NCBI GenBank assembly: GCA_049296775.1
Contig: JBAQTB010000003.1
Coordinates: 140,766-204,765 of the forward strand
DNA length: 64,000 nt
Source of the DNA: Patescibacteria group bacterium
GTDB lineage: Bacteria > Patescibacteriota > Patescibacteriia > UBA9934
Reading direction: 5' to 3'
How positions within the stretch are numbered: the stretch's first letter is position 1; every line of letters starts with the position of its first letter. The notes below the pieces were generated by a model, which searched no databases, was not told the DNA's origin, and saw nothing but the letters and a program-made list of their open reading frames with translations. Positions 9,192 through 17,888 of the stretch are shown here, one piece after another. The translations under genes and the position numbers were made by a program.

Positions 9192-9779
9192 GTGATTGCC
9201 AACTGGTGGCAAGCAGCGTATACTTTTGCCAATCAAAAAGTGTTGCGTATGGCTTGGTTGCGCCTGTTGAATCTGTTGTTCTTTGGCCCCAAAGTGACGG
9301 CGTCAAAGAAAAACTATACGGAGACTGAGGGGCGGGAGTTTGCTTTACTTGGAGCGGAGTTACGCGCCTTATTGGCGACTACTCGGTTTGGCAGATCATT
9401 GCGAATTCTCACTGTCTCGGGCGGGTCAAGTAATGCCGAAGAGAGTGAACTCCGAGCTTTAACTAACGCGTATTACGATATCGACCGTTTCGGGTTGAGC
9501 TTTGTGGCTTCTCCCCGGCACGCCGATATCTTATTTGTTACTGGGCCAGTCACGCGTAATTTTGCCGGTGTGCTGAAGGCGGTGTATGCCGCCGTGCCAC
9601 AACCGTGTTTGGTGGTGGCGATTGGGGATGGTGCGTGTACGGGTGGCATTTGGAAAGATTCGTATGCGGTGGTGGGTCCGGTGGCGGCGGTGATCCCGGT
9701 GAATTTGTGTATCCCGGGCGACCCACCTAACCCGACGCAAATTTTACGCGAGTTACTTGGCGCGTTGCGCTCTACCTAA
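9192..9779 (+). CDS. NuoB/HycG-like (hydrogenase small subunit/complex I 20 kDa family) with three of four N2-cluster cysteines replaced
   Basis: 'SPRHADILFVTGPVTRNFAGVLKAVYAAVPQPCLVVAIGDGACTGGIW...IPGDPPNP' aligns with NuoB '[21 protein letters not shown]...ISMGACANSGGMY...IPGCPPRPE'; the CC pair is 'SS', 'GCPP' is 'GDPP'. Confidence 0.7.
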   Translation: MIANWWQAAYTFANQKVLRMAWLRLLNLLFFGPKVTASKKNYTETEGREFALLGAELRALLATTRFGRSLRILTVSGGSSNAEESELRALTNAYYDIDRFGLSFVASPRHADILFVTGPVTRNFAGVLKAVYAAVPQPCLVVAIGDGACTGGIWKDSYAVVGPVAAVIPVNLCIPGDPPNPTQILRELLGALRST

Positions 9780-9784
9780 AATGT

Positions 9785-11803
9785 ATGTCAGGACAAGTGA
9801 TTGCAATTTGCTTGAGTATGTCAGTGCTGGCGTCTGTCATGGCGGCCGCAGCGAGTTTTTGGCCGAGCGGTAAATCGCATAAGCTGACTAGTTGGCTGTT
9901 GGCGGTGGGAGGAGTTTTGGGAGCGGTGGCGGGTTTGCAAATAATGTTGGGTGAGACGCAGACGGTGATGTTGCCGTATTCCTTGTACCCAGTGACAGCT
10001 GTGGATCCGGTCAGTACCTGGCCGTGGTTTTTTGACATGGTCTTTGGCCTAGATAGATTTTCCGCGATTTTTTATACTTTGATCTCGGTGGTGACCGCGA
10101 TGGTCATGGTGTACTCAGTTAAGTTTATCGAAATTAAACGTGAGGCGTATAACTTAAAACTGTACGGGTGCCTTGTGGCGTGTTTGGTGTTGGGTATGCA
10201 GGGGGTTTTACTGTCTACCAACATTTTCGGCTTCATTGGTTTTTGGGAATTAATGGTGTTCTGTATTTGGGGACTATTTTTAGTGACGGGGAGCGTGTCT
10301 GGACAGAGAGCTGGGTTTACCTATTTAGCCATTGCTCACCTGGGCACCGGAGCGATCCTGGCCGGTTTGTTTATTTTGTCTAACGGCGGCTTGCTGAATG
10401 ATTTTGTCACGATTAGCTCAGCAGCCGCAGACTTACCGATGCCGATTTTTGCTGTGGCCTGCGCGTTAATCTTGCTGGGGTTCGGGAGTCAATTAGGGGT
10501 AGTGCCGTTTCATGTGTGGCTGCCGCAATTACAGGTAGAGACGCCCACACCCGCCGCTGCCTTGATTACCGGAGCTGGGTTGGGTGTAGGGGTTTATGGG
10601 TTACTGAGGACGGTGATCTTTTTAGTCCCCACTGTACCTGGCTGGTTTGTGGGCTGTGTTTTGGGGTTTGGGATCTTGACGGCGCTTGTGGGGAGTTTAC
10701 ATGCGGTGGTCGATTTAGACGTAAAACAGACTTTGGGTTATTTTAGCTTAAAAAATGTCGGGTTGCTGTTAATTTTTATTGGCACGGGTTTATTGGCCGG
10801 TTTGCAGGGTAATGCCGAGTTAACGGAAACCGCCTTGTACGCCGGTTTATTTTTATGTTTAGCGCAAGGGGTGCTGCAGACTGCCATGGGGTTGGTGGCT
10901 GGGGTTGCTGAGGAAGCTTTTAAAACGCGAGAGTTAGATCTGATGGGTGGCTTGGCTCAATCTATGCCCAAACTATCTGTAGCGGCGTGCGTGATTGTTT
11001 TAGCAGCTGTAGGACTGCCGCCTTTTGCGCCGTTTATTGCAGAGTGGTCAGTGGTGCAGGCAGCGGTCGGGATTATGGCTACAGCTGAACCGGTGCTCGT
11101 GGTGTCATTGGTGGGTGTGGTAGTGGCGGTGACTTTTGTGACGGGGGTGAGTTTGATGGCGGGCGTTAAGTGGTACGCCGGGATTTTCTTGGCTAGACCA
11201 CGGCAAGTTGTAAGCACAGAGCTGAAAGAACTTGATGGCTATGTCTTAGGGCCAATTGCGGTGGCGGCAGTTTTGAGCGTGTTATTGGCGATGTTCGCCC
11301 CTAGGCTGTTGGCTAAAATGGGTGCCATCCATTTAGCGCCACCTAGTTTGCTGCATCCGGCTTTGGAGACAAGCGGGGGAGGATTAGCTCCGAGCCTGTT
11401 GACCTTAGTGATGGCTGGTGGCGTCTTGGCGCTGCTACTGTTACGGCAATTAATTGTGCGTTCGGGTTCTGTTCGGGTGGTGCCGGCGTGGGATCACGGG
11501 CAGGTGGTGGGTGCCAAAAATGAATATTCAATTACGGGTTTAACCGCGCCGTTTAGGTATTTTTTCCGATTCTTTTTACGGACTCAGAAAGTTGTGGACG
11601 TCCAGGCTGTGCAACTAACTAATCCGTGGGTGGTCACCAAGCACGTGACGTTGGTGGCGGTGCGCCAGTTGACTTACGTGCGGCTTGGTGAGGCTATCAC
11701 CAGGGTTGCTAGTTGTTTGGCGTATTTACAAAATGGCAGTGTCCAGTTTTACGTCTTGCTCATGATTGTGGCTTTGCTCATAACTATGGTGATCGCTTTA
11801 TGA
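9785..11803 (+). CDS. HyfB/NuoL-like antiporter-type membrane subunit (672 aa)
   Basis: Multi-TM protein with 'FHVWLPQLQVETPTPAAALITGAGLGVGVYGLL', a diverged 'WLPDAHxGPTPVSALIHAATMV' NuoL/M/N/HyfB signature; same length as E. coli HyfB. Confidence 0.75.
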   Translation: MSGQVIAICLSMSVLASVMAAAASFWPSGKSHKLTSWLLAVGGVLGAVAGLQIMLGETQTVMLPYSLYPVTAVDPVSTWPWFFDMVFGLDRFSAIFYTLISVVTAMVMVYSVKFIEIKREAYNLKLYGCLVACLVLGMQGVLLSTNIFGFIGFWELMVFCIWGLFLVTGSVSGQRAGFTYLAIAHLGTGAILAGLFILSNGGLLNDFVTISSAAADLPMPIFAVACALILLGFGSQLGVVPFHVWLPQLQVETPTPAAALITGAGLGVGVYGLLRTVIFLVPTVPGWFVGCVLGFGILTALVGSLHAVVDLDVKQTLGYFSLKNVGLLLIFIGTGLLAGLQGNAELTETALYAGLFLCLAQGVLQTAMGLVAGVAEEAFKTRELDLMGGLAQSMPKLSVAACVIVLAAVGLPPFAPFIAEWSVVQAAVGIMATAEPVLVVSLVGVVVAVTFVTGVSLMAGVKWYAGIFLARPRQVVSTELKELDGYVLGPIAVAAVLSVLLAMFAPRLLAKMGAIHLAPPSLLHPALETSGGGLAPSLLTLVMAGGVLALLLLRQLIVRSGSVRVVPAWDHGQVVGAKNEYSITGLTAPFRYFFRFFLRTQKVVDVQAVQLTNPWVVTKHVTLVAVRQLTYVRLGEAITRVASCLAYLQNGSVQFYVLLMIVALLITMVIAL

Positions 11804-12753
11804 GCCCAATTGTTTTAACGATTTTGCAAGTTTGTATGGCGTGCGCCTTGGCGCCGATGACCTTGGGGTTGGTAGCTTTTTTCAAGGCCAGGTTGTTGGG
11901 TAGACACGGTTTACCACCTTGGTCACCGTACTTCAATTATCGAACACTCCTCAAGAAAGAAACTTTGATTCCCGCCTCGGCGTCTTGGCTGTTTGTGGCT
12001 GCGCCCATCATGGTGTTGCTCAGTAGTGGGTTTTTGGTGATGGTGTTGCCGTTATTGACTACTAGCGGCGTGTTCAGCAGCTTATCTAATTTTCTAGTCA
12101 TTGCTGGCGTGCTGGCACTCGGGTCAGTCTTTGTGGTGTTAAGCGGTTTAGACACCGGGAACACGTACTCAGGTTTGGGGTCTAGCCGTCACTTAGTTAT
12201 GGTCGGTTTGTTGGAGCCGACAGTCATTTTAACTTTCGCGGCTTTGGCGTTGTCTACGGGGAGTGGAGAGATCGTCGGCATGCTTGAACATGCGGCGGTG
12301 ACGGGGCAATTGATTGGAACCGCGCCGTATCTGGCCTTGTCACTGCTAGCGTTGGTGCTGGTGTCATTAGCAGAAAATTCACGCTACCCAATTAGTGAGC
12401 CCGGCGCTGAGGCCACCTTAGCCATGGGTCAGGAGGTGACTACTTTTGATTACTCCGGCCCGTTACTGGCCATGCTGGAATACGCGGCCGCGTTGAAGCT
12501 GACAGTGTTTGCGTTGTTGGTAGCGAATTTCATTTTACCGCGGCCGTTACTGACAGATTATGCCGGGGTGGGTGATGTTATGTCTGTCGTCCTGGCCACT
12601 GTGTTGAAATTAATCCTCATGATGATTGCCTTGGCGATTTTAGAATCGTCAACGACTAAGATGAGATTTTACCGCGTTCAAGAGTTTTTGACCGGAGCCT
12701 TTTTCATGGCGTTGTGTGGGTTAGCTTTGGCACTTTTAATGCAACGTTTATGA
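11800..12753 (+). CDS. HyfC/HycD/NuoH-like membrane subunit
   Basis: 'FFKARLLGRHGLPPWSPYFNYRTLLKKE' resembles NuoH/HycD 'ERKxxAxMQxRxGPNxVGxxGLLQPxADxLKLLxKE'; ATG at 11800 overlaps the upstream stop (ATGA); the track ORF starts earlier at 11713. Confidence 0.65.
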   Translation: MSPIVLTILQVCMACALAPMTLGLVAFFKARLLGRHGLPPWSPYFNYRTLLKKETLIPASASWLFVAAPIMVLLSSGFLVMVLPLLTTSGVFSSLSNFLVIAGVLALGSVFVVLSGLDTGNTYSGLGSSRHLVMVGLLEPTVILTFAALALSTGSGEIVGMLEHAAVTGQLIGTAPYLALSLLALVLVSLAENSRYPISEPGAEATLAMGQEVTTFDYSGPLLAMLEYAAALKLTVFALLVANFILPRPLLTDYAGVGDVMSVVLATVLKLILMMIALAILESSTTKMRFYRVQEFLTGAFFMALCGLALALLMQRL

Positions 12754-13412
12754 TCTCTAATTTAACGACCCCTGATGCTGTCAGTATTGCGTGGTCAGTC
12801 ATGTTTTTAGTTGGCGCGTTTTTAGCGGGTGGCAAGTTTAGGCTAGGACAAATTCTCAGATATTACATCTTTCAATCTTTGTGTTTGGTGGGGCTAATGT
12901 TGAGCTTGGCTGAGGTAGCTGATTGGCACGCCTACCTAAGTGCCGCGAGCGTCTTAGTCTTTAGAGCGGTGTTAATGCCGGGACTGTTGATGCTGACTGC
13001 GAATCAATCAGGGGCTAGCGGTCGGTTGTTGTCATTTGTACGGCCAGCGCCTTCATATTTTGTGTCAGGGGTGGCGTTGCTAGCGGCGGTGTTGACCGGA
13101 ATTGCCATCACTCCGCATTTGCCGCAAGCAAATATCATGTTGGTGGTGACGGCCTTTGCTGGAATTTACATGGGCTTAGTCATGGCTGCCATTCGACGAG
13201 ATACTTATTCGCAAGTGATCGGCTTTTTGACCTTTGTGAACGGGATCACGATTTTGGCCGTGACTACGGTTGGCGGTTGGTCGATATTGGAGGAGCTGGG
13301 TATGTTTGTGACAGTGTTGTTGGCCGTATTGTTGTTTAGCTTGTTGTCCCGTAAGTTGAAAGAGCTGTACGCCGTGGAAGATACGGGCATTTTAAAGGAG
13401 TTAGTTGATTAG
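12750..13412 (+). CDS. HyfE-like small polytopic membrane subunit
   Basis: About 220 aa hydrophobic protein at the hyfE position between the NuoH-like and NuoM/N-like genes; ATGA start/stop overlap at 12750. Confidence 0.45.
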   Translation: MISNLTTPDAVSIAWSVMFLVGAFLAGGKFRLGQILRYYIFQSLCLVGLMLSLAEVADWHAYLSAASVLVFRAVLMPGLLMLTANQSGASGRLLSFVRPAPSYFVSGVALLAAVLTGIAITPHLPQANIMLVVTAFAGIYMGLVMAAIRRDTYSQVIGFLTFVNGITILAVTTVGGWSILEELGMFVTVLLAVLLFSLLSRKLKELYAVEDTGILKELVD

Positions 13413-13415
13413 CTT

Positions 13416-14894
13416 ATGTTGCCTGTCTTAATTGCAGTCGTCCTCATCTTAGCCACGGCGAGTGCGTACTTGCCGGTGGGGGAGCGCGTCATCAGGCGAT
13501 TAGGTTTAGCGTTGTCTTTAGTCAGTGTCGGTTTAGTGGGGGCAGCTGTGGTGGGTTGGTTTTTGGGAGTGGATCTAGGCGGTACGGGCCAGGCTTGGCA
13601 GTTGGATAATGTCACCGCTTGCGTGTTGGGATTGCTAGCGATAATTTCCGCTACGACTTCGGTAGTCGCACATCGTTACCTAGAGCAGGAGCTCAAAGAG
13701 AATTTACTTTCGATTACAGAAGTTAAGCATTACTACCGGTTGGTGCCGTTGTTTACGGCGGCTATGTATGTGGCGGTGTGGAGTAATAACGTGGCGGTGA
13801 TCTGGTTGTCCCTCGAGGCCACCACCTTAGCGACGACTTTACTGATTGCGTTTTACCGCAAACGATCAGCCTTGGAAGCGGCCTGGAAATACTTAGTGTT
13901 GAACGCCTTTGGCATGGGTCTCGCCTTAGTCGGTTTGATCTTGTTCGTGTTCGCGTTGACAGGGGGAGCGGACCACGGCACTCAGTTCATGACGAGCTTG
14001 CAGGAGTTGGCAGTGACTGAAGGCGTCAACATCGCACTCTTGCGTTGGGCGTTTGTCTTCTTGTTCATTGGCCTGGGGGCTAAGCTGGGCTTGGTACCCA
14101 TGCACGCCTGGTTACCAGATGCCCATAGCAAAGCGCCATCGCCGGTGTCTGCACTCATGGCAGGCTTGCTCTTGAATGTCGTTTTCATTACCTTGTTGCG
14201 CTTTAGACAGATCGTAGATTTAGCTTTGCTGGACCAGGGTCAGTGGAGCGGGCAATTCTTTTTAGTCTTTGGGTGTTTATCTCTGACTCTGCCTGCGTTA
14301 ATCATGTTGATTCAGAAGAACTACAAACGTTTTTTGTCTTACTCTAGCATTCAGGCCATGGGTGTCATGATGTTTGCAGTTGGTTTGGGTCCAGCGGGCC
14401 TCATCCCGGCGCTCATGTATTTACCTGGTCACGCCTTGCTGAAGAGTGGTTTGTTTTTTGGCGCGGGGGAGATTTTTAATACGTACAAAACTACGGCCTC
14501 TGAAGATATTCCTGATTTGTGGTATCTCTTACCCAAGACAGCGACGTTATTTTTGCTCTTAGCTGTGTGCTTGGTAGGTGTGCCGCCGTCTGCGATTTTT
14601 GTTAGCCAGACCTTGATGTTGGGGTTTGGGTTACGGGAACATTTGGCGATCACCTTATGGGCGACGGTCATGCTGACAGTGGCGGTTTTGACATTGAGCT
14701 ATCAGGTGTATCGTTTAGTCTTTAAATTACCGCTTAAAAAGGCGGAGGTACCCAGGGAGCCATGGAAGCTGGTGCATGTAGGTATGGGTTTGCATTTGCT
14801 GTTGGCGCTCGCCCTCGGACTGTGGTTCTTGACTCCAAGTGGCTTGAACTTCGTTTTAACTTTAGCTGAGGAGCTTAACTCTAACTTACTATGA
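13416..14894 (+). CDS. HyfF/NuoM/NuoN-like antiporter-type membrane subunit
   Basis: 'PMHAWLPDAHSKAPSPVSALMAGLLLNVVFITLLRF' is the canonical NuoL/M/N motif, with the conserved His of 'SALIHAATMV' replaced. Confidence 0.8.
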   Translation: MLPVLIAVVLILATASAYLPVGERVIRRLGLALSLVSVGLVGAAVVGWFLGVDLGGTGQAWQLDNVTACVLGLLAIISATTSVVAHRYLEQELKENLLSITEVKHYYRLVPLFTAAMYVAVWSNNVAVIWLSLEATTLATTLLIAFYRKRSALEAAWKYLVLNAFGMGLALVGLILFVFALTGGADHGTQFMTSLQELAVTEGVNIALLRWAFVFLFIGLGAKLGLVPMHAWLPDAHSKAPSPVSALMAGLLLNVVFITLLRFRQIVDLALLDQGQWSGQFFLVFGCLSLTLPALIMLIQKNYKRFLSYSSIQAMGVMMFAVGLGPAGLIPALMYLPGHALLKSGLFFGAGEIFNTYKTTASEDIPDLWYLLPKTATLFLLLAVCLVGVPPSAIFVSQTLMLGFGLREHLAITLWATVMLTVAVLTLSYQVYRLVFKLPLKKAEVPREPWKLVHVGMGLHLLLALALGLWFLTPSGLNFVLTLAEELNSNLL

Positions 14895-16501
14895 GTACTA
14901 AAGACTTCTTAGCGGATATTTTGGGGATCGTGGTAAGTGAGGAGCGGCCTGGCCAATTAACGGCAAGTGTAGCTAAGGACAAGTTTGCTGACGCAATTGA
15001 TGAACTTGTGAATGCGCGGGGTTTGGTAGCGGGAGTCGAGGCGGAGAGTCAGGAAGGGATGGCGGGAGTTGGTTTGGCGTTAGTGCACATGTTTGCCACG
15101 GATGAGCGGGGGGAGTCTGGGGGGTATGGCGTGCACGTTTTAATTCATGACGATACTGGGCATGCTTGGTTAATGTTGTCGACTAGAGTGTCTGCGGATG
15201 AGCCGAGTTTTCCGGCGGTGACTCCCAGGGTCATGGCAGCGTATTGGTATGAGCGCTACATTCATGACATGTTTGGGATTCGACCTGAGGGGCATCCGGA
15301 TTTGCGCCGCTTGGTGCATCATGAGCATATGCCAAATGAGACTTACCCGTTAAGAAAAGATTTTAAGTGGAACGCTGAGCTTGAGACCGCGGAGAATGCG
15401 TACCCACTCCAAGTTGCCACGGGTGCTGGGGTGTTTGAGCTGACCGTAGGGCCAGTACATGCCGGTGTGGCGGAAGCGGCGCAATTTTGTTTAAGCGTGG
15501 CGGGGGAGCGCGTGATTAGTCTGGACACCAAAGTCTTCTTTGCGCACAAGGGGCTAGAGAAGTTGTTGGAGGGGAAAGAGCCGCTTAGCGTTTTGCCGGT
15601 GATTGAGCGGATAGCGGGAGACGCTGCGCCGTCACATGCCTTGGCATTTTCACAAAGTCTAGAAGCGCTGGCAGACTGTGAGGTGACAGACAGAGCCAAG
15701 GGGCTCAGGACGCTTTTAAATGAGCTGGAACGCATCACACTTCACGTGCATGACCTTGCAGCCGTGGGGGAGGCTGGGACGGGCTACGCGGTCTTAGCGA
15801 GTCACGGGTTTAGGATCGAAGAACGTTTAAGACGTTTGTCTGATGAGCTGTTTGGAAATCGTTTTTGGCGTGGGGTGATTGTACCCGGGGGAGTAGTGCG
15901 GGATTTGAATGCGAATGAGCTCAAGAAAATTGCGATTACAGTGAACGAGGCGATTGAAGAATTGGAGGATTTGGTGAAGTTGGCGTTGAAGTCTGATGGT
16001 TTAAGAGATCAACTGGAGGAAAAGGGTATTTTAAAGCGCGAGGCCGCCTTGGTTTATGGTGCGGTGGGTGTGGTGGCCAGGGCTTCCGGCATCGACAGAG
16101 ATGTCAGACGCGATCATCCTTACGCCGCTTATGACCGCTTTGTGCCGACGATTTCGATTAAGACCAGCGGGGACGTCTATGCCCGACTTCGTCAGCGGGT
16201 TGATGAACTGCTAGAAAGTCAGCGTTTGCTCCAAGAATTGTGTAAGTCTCCCGGCGAGGGGCGATTTTTTGTGAAATGTCAGCCCAAGGATGGGCGAGCT
16301 TGGAGTGCTGTAGAAGGTGGCAGGGGTGAAACTGTGCACGTTATTAGTATCAAGGCCGGGCTGATTGATCGTTACACCATCCGTGGCCCATCCTTTTGCA
16401 ATTGGCCGCTCTTAGCCGAGCTCATGCCAGACAATACTTTATCCGATTTCCCTTTGTGCCTGAGCTCAATGAGTTTGAGTGCTGCTGATTGCGATCTTTA
16501 G
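14891..16501 (+). CDS. Fused NuoC-NuoD / HyfG/HycE-like large subunit lacking the NiFe-ligating cysteines
   Basis: NuoC-like 'ERYIHDMFGIRPEGHPDLRRL'; NuoD/large-subunit-like 'ELTVGPVHAGVAEAAQF'; the N-terminal 'RxCGxCxxxH' site reads 'ERIAGDAAPSHALA' and the C-terminal 'DPCxxCxxH' site reads 'SAADCDL'. Confidence 0.75.
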   Translation: MSTKDFLADILGIVVSEERPGQLTASVAKDKFADAIDELVNARGLVAGVEAESQEGMAGVGLALVHMFATDERGESGGYGVHVLIHDDTGHAWLMLSTRVSADEPSFPAVTPRVMAAYWYERYIHDMFGIRPEGHPDLRRLVHHEHMPNETYPLRKDFKWNAELETAENAYPLQVATGAGVFELTVGPVHAGVAEAAQFCLSVAGERVISLDTKVFFAHKGLEKLLEGKEPLSVLPVIERIAGDAAPSHALAFSQSLEALADCEVTDRAKGLRTLLNELERITLHVHDLAAVGEAGTGYAVLASHGFRIEERLRRLSDELFGNRFWRGVIVPGGVVRDLNANELKKIAITVNEAIEELEDLVKLALKSDGLRDQLEEKGILKREAALVYGAVGVVARASGIDRDVRRDHPYAAYDRFVPTISIKTSGDVYARLRQRVDELLESQRLLQELCKSPGEGRFFVKCQPKDGRAWSAVEGGRGETVHVISIKAGLIDRYTIRGPSFCNWPLLAELMPDNTLSDFPLCLSSMSLSAADCDL

Positions 16502-16530
16502 AGATAGAAGGAAAGAATTTAGAGTTTAAA

Positions 16531-16561
16531 AAAGCCGCTATCGTAGATTCGATAGCGGCTT
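16531..16561. terminator. Hairpin terminator (T-run on minus strand; also ends the plus-strand operon)
   Basis: aagccgctatcg-tagattc-gatagcggctt flanked by aaaaa; minus-strand read gives the hairpin followed by tttttt. Confidence 0.6.
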
Positions 16562-16584
16562 GAGCGGGATGGTCCCGGTACGGT

Positions 16585-16797
16585 CTAGTTTTGCGCACGT
16601 CTCATGACGGCGACATAGGCTGACTCATCAGGTGATGCATAGATGATCTCCCAGCCGGCAGCCCGTCGTCGGGCGAGTCTGGCGCGTACCTGTTCGCGTA
16701 CGCGATTCTCTTGGTGTTTGTGTAGTAGGACGATGACGCTCCCGTGGAACGCCACCAAAAGGACGGCGCCGATTTTCACGGCAAGTAAGATATCCAC
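16585..16797 (-). CDS. Small hypothetical membrane protein (70 aa)
   Basis: ORF with one hydrophobic helix 'ILLAVKIGAVLLVAFHGSVIVLL' then an Arg-rich tail; a terminator lies immediately downstream. Confidence 0.3.
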   Translation of the reverse strand: MDILLAVKIGAVLLVAFHGSVIVLLHKHQENRVREQVRARLARRRAAGWEIIYASPDESAYVAVMRRAQN

Positions 16798-16884
16798 TTT
16801 GATCTCCTACGGTTGGTGAATCTGCACAGGAGAGCATACGCTGGGTCAACATTTACGTCTAGGTTGAGACCGGAAGACAATGCG

Positions 16885-16919
16885 TTTTGCGACGCAAGCA
16901 GCTAGCGCATTTTTCATCC
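16885..16919 (+). repeat. 35-bp direct repeat, copy 1 (ttttgcgacgcaagcagctagcgcatttttcatcc)
   Basis: 33/35 identical to the copy at 18645-18679; both lie on the plus strand upstream of plus-strand genes and bracket a GC-richer cassette. Confidence 0.7.
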
Positions 16920-17024
16920 TCGAGGATGGCCGGCGAGCATCTAAATTCTTTCCTATTCACTCTGTGAATAAGCCCTTGCGTTGCTTAGGCGAGCAGGTAA
17001 GCTAGCGGCACAGCAGGAGGCGAC

Positions 17025-17801
17025 ATGGCGACTGATCGCGCTGAAACATTGTTGACAGAGGGGCGGGTGTGGCTACCGGTGGCGGGTTTACAGGAGGTAT
17101 TGACCGAGGTGCTACGTCGGTTTTCTGACGATGTCTTGGCTAATATCGACTGGGATGACCTCAGAGCAGGTAAATACACCTTCTGGTGTCAGGAGCCGCA
17201 GGAGCAGGGCACTGACGAGCCGGATGATGGACTGATCTACAAGTGCGCAACCGACAAGAGTGATCCTTCCATTGCTCGAACCGGCAAGCGACCAGATCAC
17301 AAAGTGTATATGCAGTGGCGTTGGCGTACTGAACGCTTACTGCGGTCTCGACCAAGTCTGTATAAGCTCGAGTTCAAGGTCTTCTTTGAGATCATGGCTG
17401 AGCTTCAAGAGTTGTTAACTCCGCATATCGACAAGATGTGGCGAGAGCTCCAACTCTTGCGGCCTGAGCTGCAGGGCTTTGAGGTCGATCAGGAGCTGAG
17501 TAGCATACGCGTGATGAGGTACTTGGGAGTCCGGGACGATGAGTCGAGCCTTATCGGTAAGACGCACACGGATCGTGGAGCGTTTACTTGCCACCTGGGC
17601 GACAGTGCTCCGGGGCTAGTAGTTCAGAACTCCAAGGGCGAGTTTGAGTTGGTGCCAACAACTCCTGAACAAACGCTGATTTTTACAGGTGATGCTTTGG
17701 CACGCCTCACGGATCGCCCGGCAGTGGTGCACGGTGCGGCGGCAGGCGCAGATGCGAAGAGGTCGATAGTGGTGGCGTTTGTGTGGATTAAGGCTAAGTA
17801 G
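17025..17801 (+). CDS. 2-oxoglutarate/Fe(II)-dependent oxygenase superfamily protein
   Basis: 'GKTHTDRGAFTCHLGDSAPGLVVQN...GEFELVPTTPEQTLIFTGDALARLT...AVVHGAA' fits the HxD...H 2OG-FeII_Oxy core (HTD...GGLQV...W..V.P..G.LVVN.GD). Confidence 0.55.
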   Translation: MATDRAETLLTEGRVWLPVAGLQEVLTEVLRRFSDDVLANIDWDDLRAGKYTFWCQEPQEQGTDEPDDGLIYKCATDKSDPSIARTGKRPDHKVYMQWRWRTERLLRSRPSLYKLEFKVFFEIMAELQELLTPHIDKMWRELQLLRPELQGFEVDQELSSIRVMRYLGVRDDESSLIGKTHTDRGAFTCHLGDSAPGLVVQNSKGEFELVPTTPEQTLIFTGDALARLTDRPAVVHGAAAGADAKRSIVVAFVWIKAK

Positions 17802-17888
17802 TTGATCTACACACTTTCCGACCGGGTTGGACTTCATGTTCAGACCCGGTTTTCTATTAAAAGCAACGACCCGCCACGAGGTGGCGGG

